Virus record (IMG/VR): IMGVR_UViG_3300045988_165036
Location: 64,001-128,000 of that record
Reading direction: 5' to 3' (one strand)
Length of the DNA: 64,000 nucleotides
Source: a virus
Of the stretch, positions 56,191 through 64,000 are shown one piece after another. The notes beneath the pieces were generated by a model. It was given only the letters and a program-made list of their open reading frames with translations, was not told where the DNA came from and did not search any database. The translations under genes were made by a program, and so were the position numbers. The first letter of the stretch is position 1; each line of letters starts with the position of its first letter.

Positions 56191-57453
56191 GGTCAACAAC
56201 CCACAAGCTAAGGCTTGATGGGCTTGTAGCTCGATACGACTTCGTTATTACATTTAATGGTGTAATAATTTATTCGTAAGCATAAACTACCTATCAGGAC
56301 ATGAGCTTGCCCCTAAAATTCTTTTTCCCTCTGTTAAAATATTCTTTGCAGCATTAACATCTCTGTCGTGTACTGTACCGCACTCTGGACAGGTCCATTC
56401 TCTAATCCACAGTGGTTTCCTTCCTGTAACACGCCCACAACACGAACAAATTTGCGAACTGGGAAACCATCTATCAATTTTCTGGACTGTTCGACCTTTA
56501 TCTAATGCTTTATATTCTAACATATTTACAAATTCAGACCAGCCAACATCAGAAATGCTTAATGCTAAATGATGATTGTTCATAAGACCTTTTACATTCA
56601 AATCTTCTAAAGCTATCACTTGGTTCTCGTTTGTAAGCCTATAGGAAATTTTATGTAAATAATCTTTTCTTTGGTTGGCGATATGCTGATGTAACTTAGC
56701 AACTTTTAATTTCTGATTATTATAATTATTGCTACCTCGCTCCATTTTACTTAGCTTTCTTTGTTTTCGTTTCAACTTCGGCAATTCTTTTTTCAAAGAT
56801 TGTAATGCCGGAAACTTCTCACCATCAGAACAAATAACCAAGTCTTTTAACCCCAAATCAATACCGACTTCCTTATTTACTGGCTCTAATTTTTCTGTTA
56901 TTTCTTCATCCTTCCATAGAATAGCAATATAAAATTCACCAGTGGGCGTCATAGAAATAGTACATAATTTTGCAGTCCCAGTTTTATGGCGATGATTAAC
57001 AATCTTTACATATCCCAGTTTTGGCAACTTAATGTTATTTTCTGTAACTGGATAACCAAAAGAAGTCATGGTTTTATAACTATTTTTAAGCTTCTTTTTA
57101 CTTTTATACTTTGGAAATCCAATATTTTTTTCTTTGAAAAATTTAAAAAATGCAGATTGCAAATCCATCTGAGTAAAACACAATGCCATAGAGTCAACTT
57201 CTTTTAACCATTCAAATTCTTTTTTATAAAAAGCAGGAGTATTAATTTTGCTCTTTTGATATTTTTTATAATATTTAATATTATCATATAACGCTTGATT
57301 CCAATACCATCTACAACAACCAAAAGTTTTAATTATGATCTGCTTTTGTTCATCAGCGGGGTAACATCTTATTTTGTATGCCTTAATAATTTTTACCTCC
57401 TAATATAACATTCTATTTTTTGCAATTCCTCCCATCGGCTAAAGCCAATGGGA
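56191..57453 (-). mobile_element. TnpB-only IS200/605-like element, copy 3
   Basis: Left-end hairpin CCATTGGC-TTTA-GCCGATGG immediately after the RNAP stop codon; right-end hairpin CCCA(T)CAAGC-CTTA-GCTTGTGGG. Confidence 0.6.
56287..57390 (-). CDS. tnpB: TnpB, copy 3 (full length only if ATT 57390 is the start)
   Basis: The frame is open to 57399; GGAGGT-AAAA-ATT ATT AAG GCA TAC aligns with GTG GAA AAG GCT TAT of copy 2; GIDLGLKDL; LEDLNVKGL; CSCCG...CPECG; [10 protein letters not shown]. Confidence 0.8.
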   Translation of the reverse strand: MIKAYKIRCYPADEQKQIIIKTFGCCRWYWNQALYDNIKYYKKYQKSKINTPAFYKKEFEWLKEVDSMALCFTQMDLQSAFFKFFKEKNIGFPKYKSKKKLKNSYKTMTSFGYPVTENNIKLPKLGYVKIVNHRHKTGTAKLCTISMTPTGEFYIAILWKDEEITEKLEPVNKEVGIDLGLKDLVICSDGEKFPALQSLKKELPKLKRKQRKLSKMERGSNNYNNQKLKVAKLHQHIANQRKDYLHKISYRLTNENQVIALEDLNVKGLMNNHHLALSISDVGWSEFVNMLEYKALDKGRTVQKIDRWFPSSQICSCCGRVTGRKPLWIREWTCPECGTVHDRDVNAAKNILTEGKRILGASSCPDR

Positions 57454-58589
57454 TTACTCGTCAAACTTCTTTTGAACCTGTTTCGGAATCTTTTTCAACT
57501 TAAATCGTCTTCCAAGATATTCTTCTCCGTCCGCGCACTCAACCGGCGCATATGCGTCCTTTTCTTCAATAACATCTAAAATCTGTTCGTCAAGCAAACT
57601 CCAAGCAAAGTCCCAGTTGAATTTTGAATAACTCTGCGAAAGTGCTTTAATGTATGTCAATGCGTCCATCGAAGCCATTTCAAGTTCATCATATTCGGTA
57701 CGAAGTTCATCTCGAATCGAATCAAGAATTTCCATTCGAATTTCGTCTGCTTGTTCTTCGCCAGAATTGTTAAAAATCTGATTGACAATTGTGATTGCTT
57801 TTTTGTCATTGAATTTCCGATACATATCTCGGAATTTGCCAAGAATCTCCGGGTCGAACTTATACTCATCAAGATCATAATACGGAAGTAGGCTGACGCA
57901 ATTTTTGTTGTACTGTATGTCAAAATCCGTATCTTCAACCATATGGCACAAAATGTTCATCGTACAATTCGTGTTTAAAACCGGGGAAAATTGATGATAA
58001 TTTCTGATAAAATTTTTCTCTTCTGGCGTTTTGTTCTCTTTTGTCAGAAGTTTCTTTAATCTCGTCCGATATGTGCATTTTGCGATTTCGTCGTATCTCT
58101 TTTCGTGTGTTTTATACGAAGTATTCAATTCTGGATATAAATATCTAAAGAAATACGGTTTCTTGTTAATAACAAGGGAGTTATGATATCTCTTTGCTTT
58201 AATTACATCCTCCGGGTCATCTTTTTCAACCTTCTGTGTGCGAAGCCATTCGTCTTTCGGAGGGCCTTTTGCTTCAACGCCCTTAATTCGGTCGATTTCC
58301 TGTCCGTTGATTTCGCGAAGAAGCTTTTTACGCAACTCTATTTCATCTCGCTGACGTTTTTGGTCTGGTCTCTGGAACAATGGAAGCATTGCTTCAAGCT
58401 GCGTGGAATAATTGCTATATGTTCCGACCTTCGTTCCAAATCCACGCAAGTCTGTTTTTACGAATTCACGGTGGCAGATTTTGTGAACAGGAGCCGATTT
58501 TTTGTCGTAGCTAATTGGATTTGTCACATCTTTCATCGAACCTTTTAGGAGAATTTCGTTGTCTGATGACATTACTAGGTCCCCATCGA
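57454..58589 (-). CDS. YonO/RdRP-like single-subunit RNA polymerase, exon 2
   Basis: Begins ..(F)DGDLVMSSDNEILL after splicing. Confidence 0.7.
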
Positions 58590-58844
58590 CTGTTATACCC
58601 TCGGTTTCCCGATATTTATTAGGGGAGTAGACTATACGATCATCGTTGATATTATCTCGGATGCCTTTGGTAGTCGTTGAGAGCTATGGCTTTTCATATC
58701 TCTGCGGATTGTCCAATCCAAAACGTTTTTACTTGATCAAATTGGCGTTATCCAATCTTTAAGTAGTTTTGGCTCTAAGGAGTTTCCCGCATATTCAGGA
58801 TTTTTATTACGCATCACTACGTAAGCGACCTCGACGTTTTCTTA
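58590..58844 (-). ncRNA. group I self-splicing intron (no ORF)
   Basis: - strand core elements: P ATATGCGGGAAACT, Q AATCCGCAGAG, R TCAACGACTACC, S CGTATAGTCTAC. P1 pairs AGCGATT with GGTCGCT (U.G at the splice site); P10 TCGA; 3' end ...AACAG. Confidence 0.85.
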
Positions 58845-60498
58845 AATCGCTGTCCGAATGTCTTAATGTGCTCAAATCATAAATCGAATAAATTATTCCG
58901 CTTTCAATCCATTTATACCATTTATCCGCTTCGCTACTTTTATATAACTTACAATGATTGACTTCGTGTTTGTCCAGAAGCGGGGACCGACATAACACAA
59001 TGTCTTTTTCAGGATCATATCTCTTGTTCCAGAAATTTGAATAAATATATTCTCCAGGAACCTCGCCTTTTGGATCAAGTCCCAACGCACTTCGACACTG
59101 TGCAATTGGATCTGAAATCATAAACGAATAATTGCCTCTAACCCAAATCTTTCCAATCTTTGCTTGAATAATACTTCGAATCAAGTTACGATAGATCTTT
59201 CGTTGAACATATGTGTCTTTTAGAAAGTCTGTATTTTTTACGACAGCCTTCATTGCGAGGCTTTGCGCTCTCGTATAAACATCGTTATACTCAATCTGAT
59301 AATTTTCTGAAAATCCCCCAAGCGAATACAGCATCGCATATAACGGATCTCCGGAGCAAACCTTCTTAATCCAATCAATTGTTGGTTGAACAAGGTTTTT
59401 AATGTCATCTTTATCGATATTCAAAACCTGAATTATCTGATAATTCGCAAGAACCCATTCATCATCAAACTTTCGGTTATATCTCGAAACGCCCCAACCA
59501 ATTTGTGCCATTTCGATATATTCAGAATAATCTTCCCAGCTTGAATAATACTTATGCATCTTGAACTGTGATTCTGAAAGAAGAACATCGATTTCGTCAA
59601 CTTTATATGGATGCCCCCATTTGTCATAAATATATTCAATTCCATTTTCTTTCGCATATGCGTGAAAATCGAACGGGACAAGGTTTCCTTTAACGAATAT
59701 TGAACGAACGACATATGAACTTGCAACATATCCAAGATTCATTTCCTGTGACCATTTTTGCGCCATTTCCGGAGAAACGAGTCCTTGCCCATCACAAGAA
59801 TTCATAGTGATATCGAGAATTCTTTCTTCAACCTTCTTCTTTCCATTTTCGTCCGTTGTGATCCAGTCCAACTTTTGGTTTGGAACTATTGTGAAAAAGT
59901 CTTTAATGACACAAACGCGCGGAGTTGAGACCCACAAAATTGATGATGTAGAAAGAGCAAAATATGCTGAAAGTTTAGCAAGATTGAACTCTTTAACGCG
60001 ATTGTTGAAATCACACATTAATCTATTAGTTAATTCTTCTGCGATTTCGGCATTAACCATTAAAACACAATTATGTCTAATTTGTCCAGCAGATGCACTA
60101 AATCGAACATATCGGATTCCATTAACATAAAAGCCGGATTTTGAAATTCTTTTATATTCTTCTTTCTTTTTTACTTCAACAACAACGAAGTCTTTAACAA
60201 ATAGTGTATTTAGGATTGCTTGCCAAAATATTTTAGCTTCTTTACTTCGTCCCTTTTTTTTTGCTCTATGGAGAGAGTTTCGAAGAAATTGAATATTTGA
60301 AAAAATTTCTTTGTAATTTCTGTTGTCGCCACGAATTTTTCGTGCTTGGTCAAACGCAATATTATCTCCGCAAGAAACTAAGCATCCTTCTTGCGCCGCT
60401 CGGCGTGGAGTATAATCTTTAATATCTAAATTATTTTCGCAAATAAATGCGGAAGAGAGCTTGTAAATCTGATACAAATTCTGTTCTCTAATTGGCAT
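58845..60498 (-). CDS. YonO/RdRP-like single-subunit RNA polymerase, exon 1
   Basis: ...VLCRSPLLDKHEV...LSTLRHSDSD(F); the unspliced ORF runs on into the intron to TAA 58807. Confidence 0.7.
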
Positions 60499-61037
60499 TA
60501 TTCCACCTCTAATTGAAATGCTTGTTTTACCTTTTCTCTTAAGTCGTCAAGAGAGCCATTGTTAATAATTATTTCATCATATTCAAAAAATGTATTCATT
60601 TCTGTTTCTGAAATATGTGATTTTTGTTCCGGAGTAAGTCCGTTGTCAAAATTCGGTCTTTCGATACGAATATTTTTATAGTCAAAATCCAGAAATCCAA
60701 GAGCCTCATTCTTATAACGACAATCTGGAATTAACATATATTCTTCTGAACATCCAAAAGCAATCTGTCGAGCAATATTAACCCAGCATTGCGGATTGTT
60801 CTGCCGATAATATGTTCCGACGCTTTGAAGAATCGTTCTTCCAATTGGTTCTTTGTCGCCTTTAATCCAATTATATGAATTTTCACACAACGACTTAAGA
60901 GCATCGGCAAAATGATATACAAGAACCGTCTTTCCTGCTTTTTCCAATTCTTCTTTCAAGAATGTCGCACTTTGATCTTTTCCGTGTCTCGCGAATCCTG
61001 AAAACAAAATAATTTTAGTCGATTTCACAGTTAGCAC
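60498..61037 (-). CDS. deoxynucleoside monophosphate kinase-like protein
   Basis: ILFSGFARHGKDQS P-loop variant typical of phage dNMP kinases. Confidence 0.5.
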   Translation of the reverse strand: MLTVKSTKIILFSGFARHGKDQSATFLKEELEKAGKTVLVYHFADALKSLCENSYNWIKGDKEPIGRTILQSVGTYYRQNNPQCWVNIARQIAFGCSEEYMLIPDCRYKNEALGFLDFDYKNIRIERPNFDNGLTPEQKSHISETEMNTFFEYDEIIINNGSLDDLREKVKQAFQLEVE

Positions 61038-61663
61038 CTCTCCATAAACACATCTGAATTTTTAAGAGCAAACTCTAAAGTTTCGATTATCTCTTTCCAG
61101 CTATTCATTATATAAAGAGGCTCGCTCGTCATGTCTGTTCGATTCCAATAAAAGTCTCGATTATTTTTAAATAAAATTTTTATATTCGCGTTGCTCCCAA
61201 TCAAACAATCTGTTCGATCATCAATCTGAATTCCATAATCCATATCGATATGAGATTTATCGAAGTTCTGTTTTTCCTTTGAATCAAATCTGCAGCCAAC
61301 AACTTTCGCTTTTGGAAGATGTTCTTTAAAATATTTTTGTTTATGTTCAATATTAGATTTATGTCCTTTTGTTACAATATTCCATTCAAAATCATTTTCG
61401 TGTTTAAGATAAAAATTTTCAAAATCTGGATTAACTTTTACGGTATTAAAAAATTCTTCCGAGTCATATATTTCAACTATTCTTTCGTTTGTCATATACG
61501 GGAACAAAGACCGATATTTCCAATCTCGAAGCTCCTCGTGTGTTTTAGGTGGATTGATATTGTCTTGTCGATTAACAATATCAATAAAAGCTTTTGATGA
61601 TTCTAAAATTGTATCATCAGCGTCTATGAAAAGCTTAATTTTCCTCTGTTGAATATTATTCAT
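61031..61663 (-). CDS. HAD-family 5'(3')-deoxyribonucleotidase-like protein
   Basis: LFIDADDTILES (DxDxT motif I). Confidence 0.5.
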   Translation of the reverse strand: MNNIQQRKIKLFIDADDTILESSKAFIDIVNRQDNINPPKTHEELRDWKYRSLFPYMTNERIVEIYDSEEFFNTVKVNPDFENFYLKHENDFEWNIVTKGHKSNIEHKQKYFKEHLPKAKVVGCRFDSKEKQNFDKSHIDMDYGIQIDDRTDCLIGSNANIKILFKNNRDFYWNRTDMTSEPLYIMNSWKEIIETLEFALKNSDVFMERC

Positions 61664-61757
61664 ATAAATTAGCTGAAGTATGTAACTGAAAACATTGCAT
61701 CAATAATCCTCCTGTTTTATTGTTTAGAGAATTCTGACATTCTCTTTTCTTGACTAT

Positions 61758-61786
61758 ATTATATCATAAATTTATGCTTTTGTCAA
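61758..61786 (-). promoter_or_regulatory. consensus promoter (- strand) for the leftward block
   Basis: - strand reads TTGACA-N17-TGA-TATAAT. Confidence 0.65.
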
Positions 61787-61930
61787 GTGTATTTTATAAA
61801 TTTTTTATTTTTTTTAAAATCATAAATTTTTTATAAAAATGAAAATAAATAAGATAAGTAAAAATAAAAATATCAGAATAAGGATTATGATGTTCATAAT
61901 ATGTTTACAAAATTTTTTTTAAGATATGTA

Positions 61931-61959
61931 TTGACAAAATGATTTTTTTGGTGTATAAT
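61931..61959 (+). promoter_or_regulatory. consensus promoter
   Basis: TTGACA-N17-TATAAT. Confidence 0.6.
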
Positions 61960-62129
61960 AGGGGTGGTTGGGCGGGAATAGATAATAAGAATAAGTATAT
62001 AATATAATATATATAATACTTGATATTAGTGATATATAGATACTAGTAATAAATATTAATAATATATAATAACGTGCGCGTATACAATAAGAAGTAGGAA
62101 AAATAAAAACAAAGAAATTTCTAAAACCT

Positions 62130-62157
62130 CTTGACAAAATGGGTTTTTATGGTATAC
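62130..62157 (+). promoter_or_regulatory. consensus promoter with a short hairpin
   Basis: AAAACC-TCTTGACA...GGTTTT; TGG-TATACT. Confidence 0.65.
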
Positions 62158-62192
62158 TGTATATGAGTAAAAAGACGATTGGAGGATTGTTG

Positions 62193-62747
62193 GTGAAAAA
62201 TAAAGAAATCAAGGCAGTTTATGATTCGTTTATAAAAGACGGAACGGAAACAACGGAGGAGCTCGAAGATTCTTTCCTGCCATCTGTGAAAAATAAAGAC
62301 GCAAAAAGAAAACTTCTTGGGAAGATGAAAGAGATTTGGCTTGAGAAAATTCAAAATCAATTGCTTGACGAGCTCATGATATCGTTTTACGATCTTGAAA
62401 TTGAGTTTTTGAAGTCGATGCCGAACGAAAAGATAAAAAGATTATTTTATTCATTACTTTGCTTCGAAAAACTTTACTGGAATGAGTCGGGATGGATTCG
62501 TTTTGAGATTGATGAGCTTGCGGAGTTGAGCGGGTTAAAAACCTTGAAGTGCGAAGATTTTTCCGACTTGGTTCCGTTCGGATTAAAGATGCGAGTAATT
62601 GGGAGCAAGAATGCTGTCTCGACATATTATTCAATTGGCTGGACGACAGAGAAACAAACTGGGAAACATCGAGAAAAGAAGGTTGTGGATGTTTTGGGGA
62701 TTGAGTGTGCGAAGAAGTTTTGGGAGGTTGTGAATGGAACTCGTTGA
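62193..62747 (+). CDS. hypothetical protein
   Basis: GGAGG 62181-62185 then GTG 62193 (ORF track starts at 62139). Confidence 0.55.
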   Translation: MKNKEIKAVYDSFIKDGTETTEELEDSFLPSVKNKDAKRKLLGKMKEIWLEKIQNQLLDELMISFYDLEIEFLKSMPNEKIKRLFYSLLCFEKLYWNESGWIRFEIDELAELSGLKTLKCEDFSDLVPFGLKMRVIGSKNAVSTYYSIGWTTEKQTGKHREKKVVDVLGIECAKKFWEVVNGTR

Positions 62748-63528
62748 TAGAGAAAAAGCCTGTCAGGAAATTCTTGCGACAAGAAGATATATCGAAGGAC
62801 CTCTTGAAAACACGCAAGACAACTGGATCCTCCAATATTTAAAAGGGCGACTTCACAAAAATATGAACGAATCGTATGAGATATGGAAAGAAATTTTTGA
62901 ATCGAAACACGGAGAAGATTCTAACGGCTGGATGGGCGAATTTATGAGTCGTTGGGATCGGTTGGATTGTTTGCCGATTTCATCTGTAAAAAATAAAAAA
63001 ATTTATCAAAGAGAAATAGATCTTATCAACTCTTGTCAACTAAAGACAATTTGGCAAAAGCAGGTCTTGTTGGTTGCGATTTGTTATTTTAAGTTTAGTG
63101 GAGAAAAAGCAATATCCGATTTCCCAATGGGGAGTTTTGGAAAATATGTTAAGGACGCCCCTTCGTATATAACCGAAAATATGGCGTGGGAAATTCTTCA
63201 AGAATCTGTGCGTGTTGGATTATTCAAGTGTTCAGAAAAAAAGCAATGGGATTATATGAACGGCGGATATTACGAATTGAGAGTATATGAATTTCAAGAT
63301 CGGAAATACGCAGACGATATTGTTTCTTTTGAAATTTGGAACGCATACGATGTTTCGAAATATTCCGGATGGTTTGATACCACTTTAATTTGTCAAAAGT
63401 GTGGGAAAAGATTTGTTGGCAACTGTAGAACGAAACGGTTTATTTGTAAAGATTGTTGGAAAGAAGATCTTAAAATAAGAAATAAAACGATAAAAAAAAG
63501 GTCGCGTCACAAGGAAGTCGAAAATTGA
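62734..63528 (+). CDS. hypothetical protein with a C-terminal Cys cluster and basic tail
   Basis: GGGAGG RBS; CQKCG...CKDC. Confidence 0.6.
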   Translation: MELVDREKACQEILATRRYIEGPLENTQDNWILQYLKGRLHKNMNESYEIWKEIFESKHGEDSNGWMGEFMSRWDRLDCLPISSVKNKKIYQREIDLINSCQLKTIWQKQVLLVAICYFKFSGEKAISDFPMGSFGKYVKDAPSYITENMAWEILQESVRVGLFKCSEKKQWDYMNGGYYELRVYEFQDRKYADDIVSFEIWNAYDVSKYSGWFDTTLICQKCGKRFVGNCRTKRFICKDCWKEDLKIRNKTIKKRSRHKEVEN

Positions 63529-63708
63529 CATTCTTGAAAACGGCTAAAAAGTATGATTTTTGGCTGGTTTTAAAGAATGTCACAAGGAATTCGTTGTTTC
63601 CTCTATGAGAAGAAGAATAATAAAAAAAATAAATAAAAGCTGAATTTTAGTTACCAGAACGAGCAATCGTTCGCAGGGGCGGCGTTACGACGTCGCCCCT
63701 TACCCTAT

Positions 63709-63784
63709 GCCTTTTTAGTTCAGTTGGTGGAACGTTTGACTGTTAATCAAAATGTCGTTGGTTCGAGTCCAGCAAAAGGCGCCA
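63709..63784 (+). tRNA. trnN: tRNA-Asn (anticodon GUU), CCA encoded
   Basis: Acceptor GCCTTTT/AAAAGGC; TTTGA-CTGTTAA-TCAAA; GTTGG-TTCGAGT-CCAGC; GCCA. Confidence 0.85.
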
Positions 63785-63865
63785 GATCGTCCCTCGGCTT
63801 CCCACGGGTCCGAGGGCAAATATTGGAAAGTAGCAAATCGGCAATAAATTGGAGGAATAAGTTAT

Positions 63866-64000
63866 TTGTTAGAAAGTAATAAAGAAAAAGGAAGAATGGG
63901 ACTGGCGTTAGCAATAAGCTATTTTACCTTTTGCGGATATACTGTTTCGACACCGCTTAATGATACGCAGTGGTATGATTTGATTATTGAAAAGAATGGT
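63866..64000 (+). CDS. 5' part of a gene (partial), possibly a PD-(D/E)XK-type endonuclease
   Basis: GGAGG RBS; ...MGLALAISYFTFCGYTVSTPLNDTQWYDLIIEKNG; the function is a weak guess. Confidence 0.35.
   Translation, partial: MLESNKEKGRMGLALAISYFTFCGYTVSTPLNDTQWYDLIIEKNG

Noticed and set aside
62152-62165. A leaderless start at ATG 62163, 6 nt after the -10 box
   Set aside because: An in-frame GTG 62193 lies 7 nt after a perfect GGAGG and is the more conventional start. The leaderless reading cannot be excluded without 5' end mapping.
1-64000. Genome-wide stop-codon reassignment (TAG or TAA recoding as in some gut phages), as an explanation for the three in-frame stops
   Set aside because: TAA, TAG and TGA all terminate well-supported genes here (TAA in most genes, TAG at 27412, TGA at 16844, 39308 and 45193). 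The three tRNAs have sense anticodons (UAA-Leu, UUG-Gln, GUU-Asn), not suppressor ones. Local readthrough or mutation remains possible.

Overview
This window looks like the early, replication and nucleotide-metabolism region of a large dsDNA phage or prophage. The host is probably a low-GC Gram-positive, judging from AGGAGG ribosome-binding sites and many perfect TTGACA-N17-TATAAT promoters. Genes run on the + strand from 1 to about 44.5 kb, on the - strand from about 44.9 to 61.7 kb, and on the + strand again from 62.1 kb.

**Recognisable genes**
- Replication: DnaB-like helicase, TOPRIM primase, PolIII-alpha (DnaE-like), RecD-like helicase, and a Cas4/RecB-like nuclease.
- Nucleotide metabolism: a PurA/PurZ-family enzyme, a DNA methyltransferase, FolD, dCMP deaminase, a divergent ThyX-like protein, a dNMP kinase and a nucleotidase.
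- Other: ClpP-like protease, beta-CASP metallo-beta-lactamase (MBL) nuclease, beta-helix protein, lysozyme, papain-like peptidase, and 3 tRNAs (Leu-UAA, Gln-UUG, Asn-GUU).

**Selfish elements**
The window carries an unusually heavy load of them:
- one IscB with an upstream omega-RNA-like leader;
- three TnpB-only IS200/605-like elements, one apparently inserted in the 5' end of the primase gene;
- a LAGLIDADG intein in DnaE;
- two free-standing HNH endonucleases.

**Best-supported discovery**
A 255-nt ORF-less group I intron sits on the - strand at 58590-58844. It has P/Q/R/S core elements, a P1 helix with a U.G pair, P10, and a terminal G. It splits a YonO/RdRP-like single-subunit RNA polymerase gene, and splicing recreates the DFDGD catalytic motif.

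**Most enigmatic region**
The region 38.7-40.4 kb is a promoter-driven, G+C-rich, non-coding operon. Two large structured RNAs (about 0.3 and 0.86 kb) are interleaved with tRNAs, which resembles the GOLLD/ROOL context.

**Other observations**
- A DnaA-box cluster with a strand-composition flip, a candidate origin.
- Promoters whose -35 box sits in the loop of a terminator-like hairpin.
- Three in-frame stop codons in otherwise intact genes.
- Several homopolymer-associated frameshifts, two at A6 runs right after good start sites. These are either assembly errors or recoding.

Functional calls rest on motif recognition by eye. No searches were run.
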